Shown here: piece by piece, positions 18,773-29,554 of the stretch
Layout: every line of letters starts with the position of its first letter
How positions within the stretch are numbered: the first letter of the stretch is position 1
Assembly (NCBI GenBank): GCA_026391775.1
Contig: JAPLDK010000054.1
Span: forward strand, 13,907-77,906
Direction: 5' to 3'
Source: Bacteroidota bacterium
GTDB taxonomy: Bacteria; Bacteroidota; Bacteroidia; Bacteroidales; FEN-979
DNA: 64,000 bases
Made by a program: the position numbers and the translations under genes
The notes under the pieces: model-generated
What the model was told of the DNA's origin: nothing
Database searches by the model: none
What the model saw: the letters and a program-made list of their open reading frames with translations, nothing else

Positions 18773-21013
18773 TTACTTTACTTCAATATGGGTAGTTAGC
18801 AAAGGGGTTGCCGAATCCGGGCCAATCAGTAAATCGTATCCTCCCGGTTCAACGTAATAATCCTGGATGGCCGGGTCAAATATGCGCAAGTCATTTACCG
18901 CAACCGGCAGAACAAACAGTTCAGTTGCTGAGTTCCGTATGTTTTTTCGCTGAAAACTGCATAGAGTTTTTAACGGCCTGTCAAAACGGGAATCTTTCTT
19001 GCGGAAATAAATCTGCACCACTTCGTCCCCATCGAAAGGCCCATCGTTCCTCACTTTTACTTTAAGTTTTACGGTGTCTGCGGATGAGTATCCTCCTTTA
19101 TCCATACCGGTTTCCAGGTAGGCGAATTTCGAATAGCTGAGCCCGAAACCAAAAGGATACTGAGGTTCCCCGGCAAAATATTTGTACGTCCTGTCTTTCA
19201 TTGAATAATCGGTAAACGGGGGAAGCTCATCCGCAGACTTATAAAAAGTTACAGGCAAACGGCCTGCGGGGTTATACTTGCCAAACAGCACTTCGGCAAC
19301 AGCTTTGCCTCCCTGCTGGCCGGGATACCAGGCTTCGAGAATAGCCGGGATCTGTTCAGTCTCACGTTTAAATGCAAGTGCGCTGCCATTCGTCAGGATA
19401 AGGACGAGGGGTTTGCCCAGCCAGGCAAGTTTCTTTAACAGGTTTGTCTGGTTTGCCGGTAAATCAAGGCTTGTCCTGTCGCCTCCACTGAACCCGGGGA
19501 TGTTCACATCCATTTCCTCACCTTCAAGATATGGAGAAATGCCTCCCACAAAAACAATGGCGTCGGCCTTCCCGGCAACCTGCAAAGCTGAAGTTTCCAG
19601 TTCTGCAGCGGTTGGTTCAGGAGAGGGACTGACCGGATTTTCCCGAGGTTTGATGGCAGCATCTTCAAGGCCGTCAACGCCTTTGGCATAAAGCACCTCC
19701 GTTCTGTTTCCCGCGATTTCCCTGATTCCGCTGAGTATAGTCACGGGAGCCGAGGGTTTCCCGCAATAATTGCCAAGAAGGACGGAAAGCCGGTCTGCAT
19801 AGGGCCCTATGACTGCAATCTTTTTGACCGATTTCCGGAAGGGCAGCGTATGATTGTCATTCTTCAGGAGTACCAGACTTTCCTCCGCCACTTTCAGGGC
19901 AAGCCGGTCGTGCTCCGGGGTATTATTTTCGGCAGGTTTGATCCCGGCATATGGGACAAGAGAATCGGGATCAAACAGCCCCAGGCGGAATCTCGCGATA
20001 AACAGGCGTTTCACCGAAACGTCGATCTCCGTTTCGCTGATAAATCCTTTGGCAACAGCATGTACCAGGCTGCCGTATTCATCCCCGCAGGTTAGGTCGC
20101 AGCCTGCTTTTACTCCCAGTACCGAAGCCCTTACAGAATCGGGCTGAAGCTTATGCCCGTTATAGATATCCCAGATCGCCCCGCAGTCGGAGGTCACATA
20201 ACCACCGAATCCCCATTTTTTCCTGAGGATCTTATCCAGTAATAGGTCGCTTGCAGTGCAGGGTTCATTCCAAAAACGGTTATAGGCTCCCATTACCGAA
20301 TACGCTTTCCCGTAACGAATGAGTGCTTCGAAAGCGGGGAGGTAGGTCTCATAAAGGTCCCTTTCGCTGCACCAGGTGTCAAAGCTGTGCCTGTTTGGCT
20401 CGGGGCCACTGTGAACGGCATAATGTTTGGCTGTGGCTATGACCTTGAAATACTTCGGGTCATTGCCCTGCAGGCCTTTCACAAAGGCAATTCCGATGCG
20501 GCCTGTCAGAAAAGGGTCTTCACCGTAGGTTTCCTGCCCGCGACCCCAGCGGGGATCCCTGAAAATATTGATATTTGGCGACCAGAAAGTCAGCCCCTGG
20601 TAGATGCCGCGTTTCCCCTGGGCAACACATTCGTAGTATTTCGCCCGGGCTTCGGTAGAAATCACATCAGCTTCCTGATGGATAAGCTCAGGGTTCCAGG
20701 TCGCTGCCATTCCGATAGCCTGGGGGAAAACCGTGGCAATGCCATTCCTGGCAACACCGTGAAGGCATTCGCTCCACCAATTGTATGGGGGTATTCCAAG
20801 CCTGCCAATTGCAGGGGCATCATTCTGCATCTGCAGGACTTTTTCTTTTAAACTGAGCCTTGAAACCAGGTCGTTTACCCTTTCTTCAACTGAAAGCCTT
20901 GGATCCTGAAATTTCATTGGCCCGGAAGCTGCCGGTTCCTGGGCCTTCAGGAATAAACTGAAAAGGATGAACATGCAAATGCTCATCCCTGAATTCCTAA
21001 ACAATGCTTTCAT
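18773..21013 (-). CDS. Glycoside hydrolase family 3 (beta-glucosidase/beta-xylosidase type), secreted
   Basis: Typical GH3 N-terminal and C-terminal domain sequence is present: SECLHGV, FPQAIGMAATWN, GYVTSDCGAI, KHYAVHSGPE, VLLKNDNHTLP, the EGEEMD region, and PFGFGLSY, with a fibronectin-like tail. The track start at 21022 is TTG. The ATG at 21013 gives MKALFRNSGMSICMFILFSLFLKAQ, a clean signal peptide. Confidence 0.9.
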   Translation of the reverse strand: MKALFRNSGMSICMFILFSLFLKAQEPAASGPMKFQDPRLSVEERVNDLVSRLSLKEKVLQMQNDAPAIGRLGIPPYNWWSECLHGVARNGIATVFPQAIGMAATWNPELIHQEADVISTEARAKYYECVAQGKRGIYQGLTFWSPNINIFRDPRWGRGQETYGEDPFLTGRIGIAFVKGLQGNDPKYFKVIATAKHYAVHSGPEPNRHSFDTWCSERDLYETYLPAFEALIRYGKAYSVMGAYNRFWNEPCTASDLLLDKILRKKWGFGGYVTSDCGAIWDIYNGHKLQPDSVRASVLGVKAGCDLTCGDEYGSLVHAVAKGFISETEIDVSVKRLFIARFRLGLFDPDSLVPYAGIKPAENNTPEHDRLALKVAEESLVLLKNDNHTLPFRKSVKKIAVIGPYADRLSVLLGNYCGKPSAPVTILSGIREIAGNRTEVLYAKGVDGLEDAAIKPRENPVSPSPEPTAAELETSALQVAGKADAIVFVGGISPYLEGEEMDVNIPGFSGGDRTSLDLPANQTNLLKKLAWLGKPLVLILTNGSALAFKRETEQIPAILEAWYPGQQGGKAVAEVLFGKYNPAGRLPVTFYKSADELPPFTDYSMKDRTYKYFAGEPQYPFGFGLSYSKFAYLETGMDKGGYSSADTVKLKVKVRNDGPFDGDEVVQIYFRKKDSRFDRPLKTLCSFQRKNIRNSATELFVLPVAVNDLRIFDPAIQDYYVEPGGYDLLIGPDSATPLLTTHIEVK

Positions 21014-21035
21014 AAGCTTCAAATGGAAGAATTCT

Positions 21036-21043
21036 CAAAGATA
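21036..21043 (-). promoter_or_regulatory. -7 promoter box TATCTTTG upstream of the GH3 gene
   Basis: The plus strand reads caaagata. It lies 23 nt upstream of the ATG at 21013 and is the same octamer as the box upstream of csp. Confidence 0.35.
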
Positions 21044-21083
21044 CGAAGACTGGTTAACATTCACGGATCACAGATCACGGGTC

Positions 21084-22895
21084 TCAGACCTTTTTCTGGC
21101 TCCGCTTCCGTTCATTCTCGTCGAGGATGATCTTTCGGATCCTGATGGATTTCGGGGTGACTTCAGTATATTCGTCGCCCTGGATGTATTCCATGGCTTC
21201 CTCCAGGGAGAACTTAATGGCCGGGACAATCACGGCTTTGTCATCAGTACCTGAAGCGCGGACATTAGTGAGTTTTTTTGTTTTGATCACATTGATGAGA
21301 ATGTCGTTTCCTCTGGTATGCTCGCCGAGCACCTGTCCGGCGTAAATCTCATCACCCGGTTCAATAAAGAACTTTCCCCTGTCCTGCAGTTTGTCGATGG
21401 AATAGGTGATGGCCTGGCCGGTCTCCATTGCAATGAGTGAACCGTTTATCCGACTCAGCATTTCCCCTTTCCAGGGTTCAAAACCTTTTAAACGGTGCCC
21501 GATGATGGCTTCACCTTCGGTAGCTGTGAGTATAGGATTTCTGATTCCAATGAGGCCTCTTGCAGGAATATTGAACTCCACTGTGATACGGTCACGTTTT
21601 GGCTCGATGTTAACTATCTCGCCTTTGCGTTTGGTAACTATCTCAATGACTTTTCCCGAGAAATTTTCAGGGACCTGGATCTTGAGGTTTTCGATAGGCT
21701 CATGAAGGACTCCATCGATCTGCCTTGTGATCACTTTGGGCTGCCCCAGCTGGAACTCATAGCCTTCGCGCCGCATGGTCTCGACCAGGATGGCAAGGTG
21801 CAGTATTCCCCTGCCGTAAACATTGAACGTGTCAGGCGAACCTGTTTCTTCCACCCTCAGAGCCAGATTTTTTTCTGTTTCGTGAAAAAGCCTGTCCCTT
21901 AAATGACGCGATGTTACATAGGTACCTTCCCTTCCGGCAAAGGGAGAATTATTGATAGTGAACACCATGCTCATAGTGGGTTCGTCCACGCTGATGCGCT
22001 TTAGCCCTTCCGGGTTTTCCGAATCGGCAATGGTATCGCCGATGTCGAAGTTCTCGGGTCCCAGAACTGCACAAATCTCCCCGGCTCCGACCTCGTATTT
22101 AACTTTTTCCTTGCTGAGGCCTTCAAAAAGGTATAATTCCTTAACAACCGATTTCAGTATTGTCCCGTCATTCTTTACTAGAGAAACCGGCATTCCCGCC
22201 TTAACCGATCCGCGGGAAATCCTGCCTACAGCAATCCGCCCCACATACGAAGAATAATCGAGCGAGCTGATCTGCAGCTGCAGTGTCCCGGGAGTTTTAG
22301 CAGGGGGAGGGATATGGGATATAATAGTATCCAGTAAATAGGAAATGTCGGTGGATGGCTTTCTCCAGTCGGGCGACATCCATCCCTGTTTCGAGGAGCC
22401 ATATACAGTAGGGAAATTCAGCTGGGCTTCACTGGCATCCAGGCTGAACATCAGTTCAAACACGGCTTCATGAACCTCGTCGGGGGAACAGTTTGGTTTG
22501 TCAACCTTGTTGATTACGACAATGGGGATCTTCCCAAGTTCCAGGGCTTTGTCAAGAACAAACCTGGTCTGGGGCATAGGACCCTCAAATGCATCCACGA
22601 GAAGCAAAACCCCGTCGGCCATGTTGAGCACCCTTTCCACTTCACCCCCGAAGTCGGAGTGGCCCGGTGTATCAATGATATTAATCTTTACTCCTTTATA
22701 TCTTACCGAAACGTTCTTTGACAGGATAGTGATCCCTCTTTCCCTCTCCAGGTCATTGGAATCGAGAATAAGGTCGCCCATCTGCTGGTTGGCCCTGAAG
22801 AGGTGAACCTGATACAGGATACGGTCGACCAGGGTGGTTTTACCATGGTCAACATGGGCAATAATTGCAATATTTCTGATATCTGGCATATTCAT
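21084..22895 (-). CDS. typA: Translational GTPase TypA/BipA
   Basis: IRNIAIIAHVDHGKTTLVD (G1), DTPGHSDFGGEVER (G3), NKVDK (G4). The 603-aa length and EF-G-like domain layout fit TypA. Confidence 0.95.
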   Translation of the reverse strand: MNMPDIRNIAIIAHVDHGKTTLVDRILYQVHLFRANQQMGDLILDSNDLERERGITILSKNVSVRYKGVKINIIDTPGHSDFGGEVERVLNMADGVLLLVDAFEGPMPQTRFVLDKALELGKIPIVVINKVDKPNCSPDEVHEAVFELMFSLDASEAQLNFPTVYGSSKQGWMSPDWRKPSTDISYLLDTIISHIPPPAKTPGTLQLQISSLDYSSYVGRIAVGRISRGSVKAGMPVSLVKNDGTILKSVVKELYLFEGLSKEKVKYEVGAGEICAVLGPENFDIGDTIADSENPEGLKRISVDEPTMSMVFTINNSPFAGREGTYVTSRHLRDRLFHETEKNLALRVEETGSPDTFNVYGRGILHLAILVETMRREGYEFQLGQPKVITRQIDGVLHEPIENLKIQVPENFSGKVIEIVTKRKGEIVNIEPKRDRITVEFNIPARGLIGIRNPILTATEGEAIIGHRLKGFEPWKGEMLSRINGSLIAMETGQAITYSIDKLQDRGKFFIEPGDEIYAGQVLGEHTRGNDILINVIKTKKLTNVRASGTDDKAVIVPAIKFSLEEAMEYIQGDEYTEVTPKSIRIRKIILDENERKRSQKKV

Positions 22896-22992
22896 TTGAT
22901 CTGATCAACCACAGATGATAAATAAAAGATCCCGACAAAGAATGACAAACCATCCTTGCGGGATCAGGACTTTGGTTTTAAGTTTGGGGGTG

Positions 22993-23000
22993 CAAAGGTA
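22993..23000 (-). promoter_or_regulatory. -7 promoter box TACCTTTG upstream of typA
   Basis: The plus strand reads caaaggta. It lies about 98 nt upstream of the typA ATG at 22895. Confidence 0.3.
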
Positions 23001-23128
23001 CAAATTTTTTAAAGACCATTAGAAAGGTTGTGAGGAAGACCTTAAGGAAGGGTGTCATGGTAAACAGGCAGCAACGGGATTTTACTGAACATCCAATTTC
23101 TATTTGTTAAGCATCGCATTAATTTTCA

Positions 23129-23136
23129 TAATTTTG
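23129..23136 (+). promoter_or_regulatory. -7 promoter box TAATTTTG upstream of the hybrid kinase
   Basis: It matches TAnnTTTG and lies 50 nt upstream of the ATG at 23186. Confidence 0.35.
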
Positions 23137-23185
23137 ATTTCAGATAAAGGGTCTGTTTTAACCGGGAATCGTTTAAAGGGAAGTT

Positions 23186-25501
23186 ATGGACTATAACCTT
23201 CAGGATATTGAATCGCAAAAAGCCATAATAAGCAGCGAAGCCAAATACCGTTCGTTGGTGAATAACCTTATAGAAGGGCTTGTAATCCTTGATTTCAGCG
23301 GGAGGATTCTTTTTTCAAATCCTGCAGCCGCCCGTATTTTTGGGTATACCGACAAGGAAAACAAGCTTTTTACCGGCATGAATATAACGGAACTCCTGCA
23401 TCCCGATTCCATTCCGGATGCAATGCATGACCTTTCAAAAGTGTACCAGGGTGAAACTGCGCTGATTGAATACAAGATACTCTTAAAGGATGGAAGCACA
23501 GGATGGATAGAAGCACGGGGTACGAAGATCGATTATGAAGGGTTTGAGGCTGATATGGTAATATGTCACGATACAACCAATCAGAAGCTGGCAAAAGAAA
23601 AAATTCTCGAGAGCGAGGAAAAATTCTCAGCTATTTTTCACAGTAGCCCGGTGTCGATGACACTTACTTCAGTGGTTGATGGTATATACCAGGATGTAAA
23701 TGAGATCTTCCTGAGAGATTCAGGATTTAAACGCGAAGAAGTAATAGGGCATACATCTGCCGAACTCGATATATTCGCGAATCCAGAGGAAAGGGATAAA
23801 CTGATACAAGAACTGATGAAGGACGGGCAGGTTTACGGCATGCCTGTTTTCGCCCGGATGAAGAACGGACAACTGCGTAATGCCCTTATTTCAACAAACA
23901 TCATTTCGGTAGGGGGAAAGAAATGTTTCCTTTCCTCGATAATGGATATTTCTGAACTGAAGAAAACAGGGGATGCATTAAAGGAAAGTGAACTGCGTTT
24001 AAATAAAGCCCAGGAAATAGCCCATGTGGGTAACTGGGAAATTGATCTCAGGACAAAGAATGTATGGGCTTCGGAAGAGGCATTCAGGATATATGGCCTC
24101 GAGTATAAATCACCTGAATTGCCGCTGCAGACCATTCAGTCGCAGGTCCTCCCAGAGTACCGTACTGAATTGGATAATGCACTAAGGAAGCTTCTTACAG
24201 GAGCAGGTGATTACAAGGTGGAATTTCAGATTTACCGGGCTAACGATGGAGAGATCAGGGATATTTATTCAAAAGCTGAATTGGTCAGGGATAATAAAGG
24301 CCAGGCTGTAAAAGTGTCGGGTGTATTACATGATATCACTGTAAGCAAGATTGCGGAAGCGGAGCTCATCAGGGCAAAGGAGAAGGCTGAGGAGAGTGAT
24401 CGCCTGAAATCATCATTTCTTGCCAATATGTCCCATGAGATCCGCACTCCAATGAACGGGATCATAGGATTTGCAAGCCTCCTGGATGATCCGGATACGA
24501 GTATCGGGGAGAGGCAAAAATTTTCCCGGGTGATCAATGATAACTGTGATCAGCTTCTCCACATCATTAATGACCTTATCGATATTTCAAAGATCGAAGC
24601 AGGGCAGATCGATCTTATCAGTACAGAGTTTGACCTTAATACAATGATGGGTTCCATCTACAGGACATACCTGCCAAAGGCAGTCAAAAAGGGGCTTGAG
24701 TTCACAGTTGATATGGAACCAGGAGAAACAATTAATCTGATTAATGCCGATCAGACAAAACTCAGGCAGATACTCGATAACCTGGTCAGCAATGCATTGA
24801 AATTTACAAATAAGGGATATGTGAAGTTTGGATACCGTAAAACCGGCAGCATCCTGCAGTTCTTTATTCAGGACAGTGGTATTGGTATTGAGCCCGGTCA
24901 CCATGATATGATCTTTGACAGATTCCGGCAGCTGGATCAATCTGTTTCTTACAATGTAGGCGGTAACGGCCTTGGATTATCCATCACCAGGGCTTATGTA
25001 GAGGCAATGGGAGGCCATATCTGGCTTGAATCAGAACCGGGTAAAGGCAGTATATTCTTCTTTACTATTCCGCTGGGCCTTGCAGCTGAGAAGAATGAAA
25101 AAACGATCCCTGTAAAACTTCCGGTGTTTAAGGTTGACAACGTTCCTACGGTATTGGTAGTTGAGGACCAGTCAGAGAATTTCGAATTTATCAAGGTTTT
25201 GCTTTCCAGGTCCTCTATCCTGGTTTTGCATGCCTGGAACGGGAAAGAAGCACTTGAGCTTTTTACCATGCACCCTGAAATTAATCTTGTTATGCTTGAC
25301 ATCAAACTTCCAGATATCAGCGGGTATGAGGTAGCAAAAATGATCAGAGGCACTAACCAAAACATCCCAATCATAGCCCAAACGGCTTATGCCATGTCGG
25401 AGGATCGTGAAAAATCTTTTGACTCAGGCTGTACAGATTATATTTCAAAACCTATGCGAAAGGAAGATATTCTCAGGATTATCAGTAAGTATTTATCCTG
25501 A
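23186..25501 (+). CDS. PAS-domain hybrid sensor histidine kinase with C-terminal receiver
   Basis: There are three PAS-like segments. H-box FLANMSHEIRTPMNGI. HATPase N/G boxes: LVSNALKFT, DSGIGI, GGNGLGLSI. Receiver domain: VLVVEDQSENFE ... MLDIKLPDISG ... AQTAYA. Confidence 0.9.
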   Translation: MDYNLQDIESQKAIISSEAKYRSLVNNLIEGLVILDFSGRILFSNPAAARIFGYTDKENKLFTGMNITELLHPDSIPDAMHDLSKVYQGETALIEYKILLKDGSTGWIEARGTKIDYEGFEADMVICHDTTNQKLAKEKILESEEKFSAIFHSSPVSMTLTSVVDGIYQDVNEIFLRDSGFKREEVIGHTSAELDIFANPEERDKLIQELMKDGQVYGMPVFARMKNGQLRNALISTNIISVGGKKCFLSSIMDISELKKTGDALKESELRLNKAQEIAHVGNWEIDLRTKNVWASEEAFRIYGLEYKSPELPLQTIQSQVLPEYRTELDNALRKLLTGAGDYKVEFQIYRANDGEIRDIYSKAELVRDNKGQAVKVSGVLHDITVSKIAEAELIRAKEKAEESDRLKSSFLANMSHEIRTPMNGIIGFASLLDDPDTSIGERQKFSRVINDNCDQLLHIINDLIDISKIEAGQIDLISTEFDLNTMMGSIYRTYLPKAVKKGLEFTVDMEPGETINLINADQTKLRQILDNLVSNALKFTNKGYVKFGYRKTGSILQFFIQDSGIGIEPGHHDMIFDRFRQLDQSVSYNVGGNGLGLSITRAYVEAMGGHIWLESEPGKGSIFFFTIPLGLAAEKNEKTIPVKLPVFKVDNVPTVLVVEDQSENFEFIKVLLSRSSILVLHAWNGKEALELFTMHPEINLVMLDIKLPDISGYEVAKMIRGTNQNIPIIAQTAYAMSEDREKSFDSGCTDYISKPMRKEDILRIISKYLS

Positions 25502-25556
25502 CCAAAGAACCGCTAATCCTTACTTAACGGGAGATCTGAGTGTAGGGCCAAACACA

Positions 25557-28500
25557 TTATATCGCCAGTCCCTTAAACAAAGTGTCGTTACGCCAATTTC
25601 CAAGGATTGCCTTGGCGGGCAGCCACACCCAAAGTATACCATTCAGAAGAAAAACCGATCCCAGCAGCGTTAAAAACAGCCCCGGGGTCTTATAGGCAGG
25701 TGAGAGGAGTGAAGGAAGGATACCGGTAAAGGCGGAAATTATGCCCAGGCATGTTCCGGCAAGCAGGATCATCAGGTGTTCGGCAAACACCAGCTTCAGA
25801 ATATATTTCCGTTTATATCCCAAAGCTATGTATAGCATGAGTTCATTCTTTCTCTCGAGCATATTCCTGAGAAGAACCAGCCCAAGTCCGAATGTGCCTA
25901 TGATCATCCCGAGCCCACCAAGCAGCATGAAGACCGAAAGGTAAGTATTCTCCACCGCGTTAAACGAAGCAAGTTTCACCGGTGCAGGCATGACACTTAT
26001 GCCATAATCCCTGAAGGCAGATTCCAGGGCTTCACGGATGCTGTCCCCGGAGGATGAGGAGCCGTCGAGAAGAAAGTTTTTAAAACCTGCCACGGAGGGA
26101 AAATGGATGCGGAAAAGGCTGTCGGAGATCAGCAGATATCCCTGGAACACCGAATTATCAAGGCCTCCCATGAGTTTTAACCCGATTTTTCCCCCGTTTT
26201 CCCCCAAGTAAAACAAGGTATCCCCGATTTTTTTCTGAAGCCCCCAGGTGATCACGGTCTGATCGGCAAAAGCTGGAATAATCTCCGGTCCCATGGATTT
26301 TTGGAGAGCCAGCCAGGGGTGGTTTTCGTCAATTCCCTTATGAAGGGCAAGAAAACTGAAGGCTCCTATACGGTTAAATGCTTCCGGGGGGATGCCGAGG
26401 ACGGAAGGCAGTGCAGCCTTGTTTAGATTGAGGCAACTGGCATCGTCACCTTCAAGCCTCTGCATTGCAACCAGACCGGCATTCCTGAAGCAGGATTCGT
26501 CCTGAAGGGCATATTCCTTTTTGCCCATGGGAGAGTCCGGATCATAACGAAGGGGTATGCTTGTCTCAGCCCAGAACCCGAAACCGCCTGTCCCGGATCG
26601 GGCATCATTCTCCGATCCATAGAAAGTCTTTTTGTTTGCTGCAGTTATGAAAATGCTGAAGGTTCCCATTGCAAGCAGGATAATAACTGTCATGGTACGG
26701 CTTCTTTTCAGGCCGGCATTCTTCAATGAAAGTGAAACGAAGCTGAAGAAAAGTTCATTGTGCGTTATCGATCTGCTGATAAGTAGGGAATTAAAAGCAA
26801 AACCTCCTCCGGCAAGCATCAGGGCCCCGGCTACCAGGGATAGGGATGAATGAATTCCCTTTAAGTCAAGCAGAAGAAATGCAGTGAACAGTATGGACCC
26901 AGAAACGAGCAGGAAGGCAAAAAGCCTGTTGAGAAAGAGTTCCCGATTTTGTTCAGCCCTGTTGTCAGAATCTATGGCAGAAGCCCTCAGCCAGGCTGGT
27001 TTCCTTAGGTTCCTGCAGAGAACGATGAGCATGAACGGAAAGGCCGTGAAAGTTCCTGCCATGGCCCCGAGGATCAGGGTTAGCGGTCTTATTTTCATTT
27101 CCAGCCCGGAGATCCCGACGGCATCCTGCCAGATAGTGTTCAGGCCAAAAAGCATAAGGCGGTTATAGAGAAGGCCGGCCAGTGCGCCCAGGATCCCTCC
27201 CGCCACAGAGAGAACAAGGCCTTCGGTGATCAGGATCCGGAAGATCTGCTGCTTTCTGAAGCCGATGGCTGACAATACTCCCGATTCTTTTATCCTGGTC
27301 TGGATATGCAGCGAAAACAACAGGGTAACCAAAAGGAGGGCCGAGAGTATTATAAAGAAACTAAGGCTTAAAAAAAGGCCGGCAAAATCCGTTGAATTGG
27401 ATGCTGAGCTTAGCCCTTCATCATAAACCGGTTTGAATACCAGCCCCTGCTGACGTGGGTTGAGTTTCTTCAGGATTGCCGGGCCGATTGTATCAAGTTT
27501 TTTTGAACTGGCGGTAAACCGGATGGATGTGAGGCTGCCGAAGGGGTTTGTCCAGAGTTTCTGACCGGCAACAATCGAGATAAAGGCTTTAGGTGTGCCA
27601 CGGTAGGCATTCCAGTAGTCCTCATCTTTTTGTCTTATCTTTTTCAGGTCTACAGGCGTACCGGTTTCCCAGTCACGGCAGTTCCCGGCTTCCGACATGC
27701 CGGGAAAGCCTGGCATCAGCGAAGGATCCCAGATAGGATCCTGCATAGGCCTGATCTGGCGGACCACAAATACCGAGCTGTCTTCACTGAGATGGCGGTG
27801 GGGGCCCATTATAAAATACTTCAGTCCCATGGAATCACCCTGCTTAATTCCCAGGTCTGCCGCCAGCCATGAATTAATAATAATTCCATCACCGCCGGGG
27901 TCTGTTCCAAGGAAATCCGGCGAAGCCCCAGTGACAAAAGAATATGGTGTTGACCTGCCGTTAAACGAAAATGAATTTACGAGGTAGGTCAGAAAAGGAT
28001 GGCTGTCAGGCAGTGTAGCCTCTACAGCTGCAGCTGTTTGATCATCGATAAAAATACGCCCCGATGTCAATTCACAGCTGGTACCCTGCTTTAGGTGTTG
28101 AATTTTCAGCCCTGCATCTTCGGGCCTCCACACCAGGCGGAGCAGGCTGTCGGGACGAAGAGCATCTGCTTTTTCAGTTTCAGCAATCAGCAGTAAGTTC
28201 GCCAGTCCTTTCAAGTCAAGAATCCCGGCCATTTTATCCAGGGAGATGAAAACCGTATAGGGGGCGGCCTGGTTATTATTCAGGCTGAACCGCCCCATCT
28301 GTTCGTCCTCCGCTATGGACTTAACCCTGAATCTTAAGCCAACCATAGCTGATTTTTCAGCAACAAACGGAGCATTGGCTGGAGCAAGACCCTGTTTGGA
28401 AACCCTGAGAAGAAAATAATCTCCGGGCTGTAAGTCAAGTTTTTCAGCTGTATTCCTGCTGATGACAGCCGTGGTTGCATCCGGGCAGGTCGCTGCCTTC

Positions 28501-28859
28501 TCCCACAGCTTTGTAAAACGCCCGTCGATCCCCAAAATCTGAACACGGTTGATCCTTCTATTGTTTTCAGGATTTACTGTTATGCCTTCGGATAGCATTG
28601 CCGGTGCTACTATGCTGCCGGTCTTAAGGCTCATATCACCGGCCAGTCCCTGGCGAAAATACCGCAGGTCGGGATGCAATGCATAGCGTATTTTCCCAAG
28701 ACGTACACTGCTGATGTGTTGAAGGCTGTACTTCACCGAATCGCCAAGTATCAAGGCGCCCGTAAGGACGGCTGTGCTGACAAGCGTCCCGGCAAGAATG
28801 GCCAGGAATACTTTCCTGTAATAACGGAAATCGAGGAGTATCAGGCGGGTGAAGTTCAT
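25557..28859 (-). CDS. Large FtsX-family ABC permease (two FtsX modules, 1100 aa)
   Basis: It has an N-terminal TM helix, then a long extracytoplasmic region, then a TM cluster, and this pattern repeats twice. The FtsX-like helices (for example LSAIGFRKQQIFRILITEGLVL and YIALGYKRKYILKLVFAEHLMIL) fit MacB/LolE/YbbP-like permeases. Its start overlaps the ATPase stop by 4 nt. Confidence 0.8.
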   Translation of the reverse strand: MNFTRLILLDFRYYRKVFLAILAGTLVSTAVLTGALILGDSVKYSLQHISSVRLGKIRYALHPDLRYFRQGLAGDMSLKTGSIVAPAMLSEGITVNPENNRRINRVQILGIDGRFTKLWEKAATCPDATTAVISRNTAEKLDLQPGDYFLLRVSKQGLAPANAPFVAEKSAMVGLRFRVKSIAEDEQMGRFSLNNNQAAPYTVFISLDKMAGILDLKGLANLLLIAETEKADALRPDSLLRLVWRPEDAGLKIQHLKQGTSCELTSGRIFIDDQTAAAVEATLPDSHPFLTYLVNSFSFNGRSTPYSFVTGASPDFLGTDPGGDGIIINSWLAADLGIKQGDSMGLKYFIMGPHRHLSEDSSVFVVRQIRPMQDPIWDPSLMPGFPGMSEAGNCRDWETGTPVDLKKIRQKDEDYWNAYRGTPKAFISIVAGQKLWTNPFGSLTSIRFTASSKKLDTIGPAILKKLNPRQQGLVFKPVYDEGLSSASNSTDFAGLFLSLSFFIILSALLLVTLLFSLHIQTRIKESGVLSAIGFRKQQIFRILITEGLVLSVAGGILGALAGLLYNRLMLFGLNTIWQDAVGISGLEMKIRPLTLILGAMAGTFTAFPFMLIVLCRNLRKPAWLRASAIDSDNRAEQNRELFLNRLFAFLLVSGSILFTAFLLLDLKGIHSSLSLVAGALMLAGGGFAFNSLLISRSITHNELFFSFVSLSLKNAGLKRSRTMTVIILLAMGTFSIFITAANKKTFYGSENDARSGTGGFGFWAETSIPLRYDPDSPMGKKEYALQDESCFRNAGLVAMQRLEGDDASCLNLNKAALPSVLGIPPEAFNRIGAFSFLALHKGIDENHPWLALQKSMGPEIIPAFADQTVITWGLQKKIGDTLFYLGENGGKIGLKLMGGLDNSVFQGYLLISDSLFRIHFPSVAGFKNFLLDGSSSSGDSIREALESAFRDYGISVMPAPVKLASFNAVENTYLSVFMLLGGLGMIIGTFGLGLVLLRNMLERKNELMLYIALGYKRKYILKLVFAEHLMILLAGTCLGIISAFTGILPSLLSPAYKTPGLFLTLLGSVFLLNGILWVWLPAKAILGNWRNDTLFKGLAI

Positions 28860-29554
28860 CCTTTTGAAATTGGCAGAAGCTTTCCGGAACCCAGTTTGTA
28901 TATCTTGTCCATCTGGCCTGCAAGTTCAGGTGAATGTGTCACAACCACAAGTGAAAGAGCTTCTTCCCGTTTCAGTGAGGCCAATAGAAGGCCGAGGCGG
29001 GCGGCAGTTTCAGCATCCAGTGAACCCGTCGGTTCGTCGGCAAGCAGCAACCTGGGCTTGTTCACAAGAGCCCTTACAACTGCCGCCCTTTGACACTCCC
29101 CCACCGAAAGCCGGGAAGGTCTCTGATGGATCAGGTCCTGCAGCCCCATGCTCTCGATAAGCCTGATAGCCCTTTCACGCCCTGCCTTGCGTGCCGCCTT
29201 GTCCTTCAGAGGCAAAACGGGAAGCAGCACGTTTTCAAGCAGGCTGAGCTGGGGCAGCAGAAAATGAAGCTGGAACACAAACCCGATGAACCCATTCCTC
29301 AGGTCTGCAAGTTCAGTCTCCTTCATGTCACTGACGTTCATCCCGTTAAGTATTACCAGGCCTGAATCAGGCCTGTCGAGGGTTCCCAGTATATTCAGCA
29401 GGGTGGTTTTTCCTGAACCGGACGGACCCGTGATAGCGATGGATTCGTTATCACCGATCTGCAGGGAGACCCCCTCGAGGACAGGCTTTTGCCGGACCGT
29501 AAGAGCCTGGTTATAGTGTTTCGTGATATCCTGAAGTTCTGCAAGCATTAACAT
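28856..29554 (-). CDS. ABC transporter ATP-binding protein (LolD/MacB-ATPase type)
   Basis: Walker A GPSGSGKTTLLN, Q-loop, signature LSVGECQRAAVVRAL, Walker B LLLADEPTGSLD, and H-loop VTHS. Confidence 0.9.
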   Translation of the reverse strand: MLMLAELQDITKHYNQALTVRQKPVLEGVSLQIGDNESIAITGPSGSGKTTLLNILGTLDRPDSGLVILNGMNVSDMKETELADLRNGFIGFVFQLHFLLPQLSLLENVLLPVLPLKDKAARKAGRERAIRLIESMGLQDLIHQRPSRLSVGECQRAAVVRALVNKPRLLLADEPTGSLDAETAARLGLLLASLKREEALSLVVVTHSPELAGQMDKIYKLGSGKLLPISKG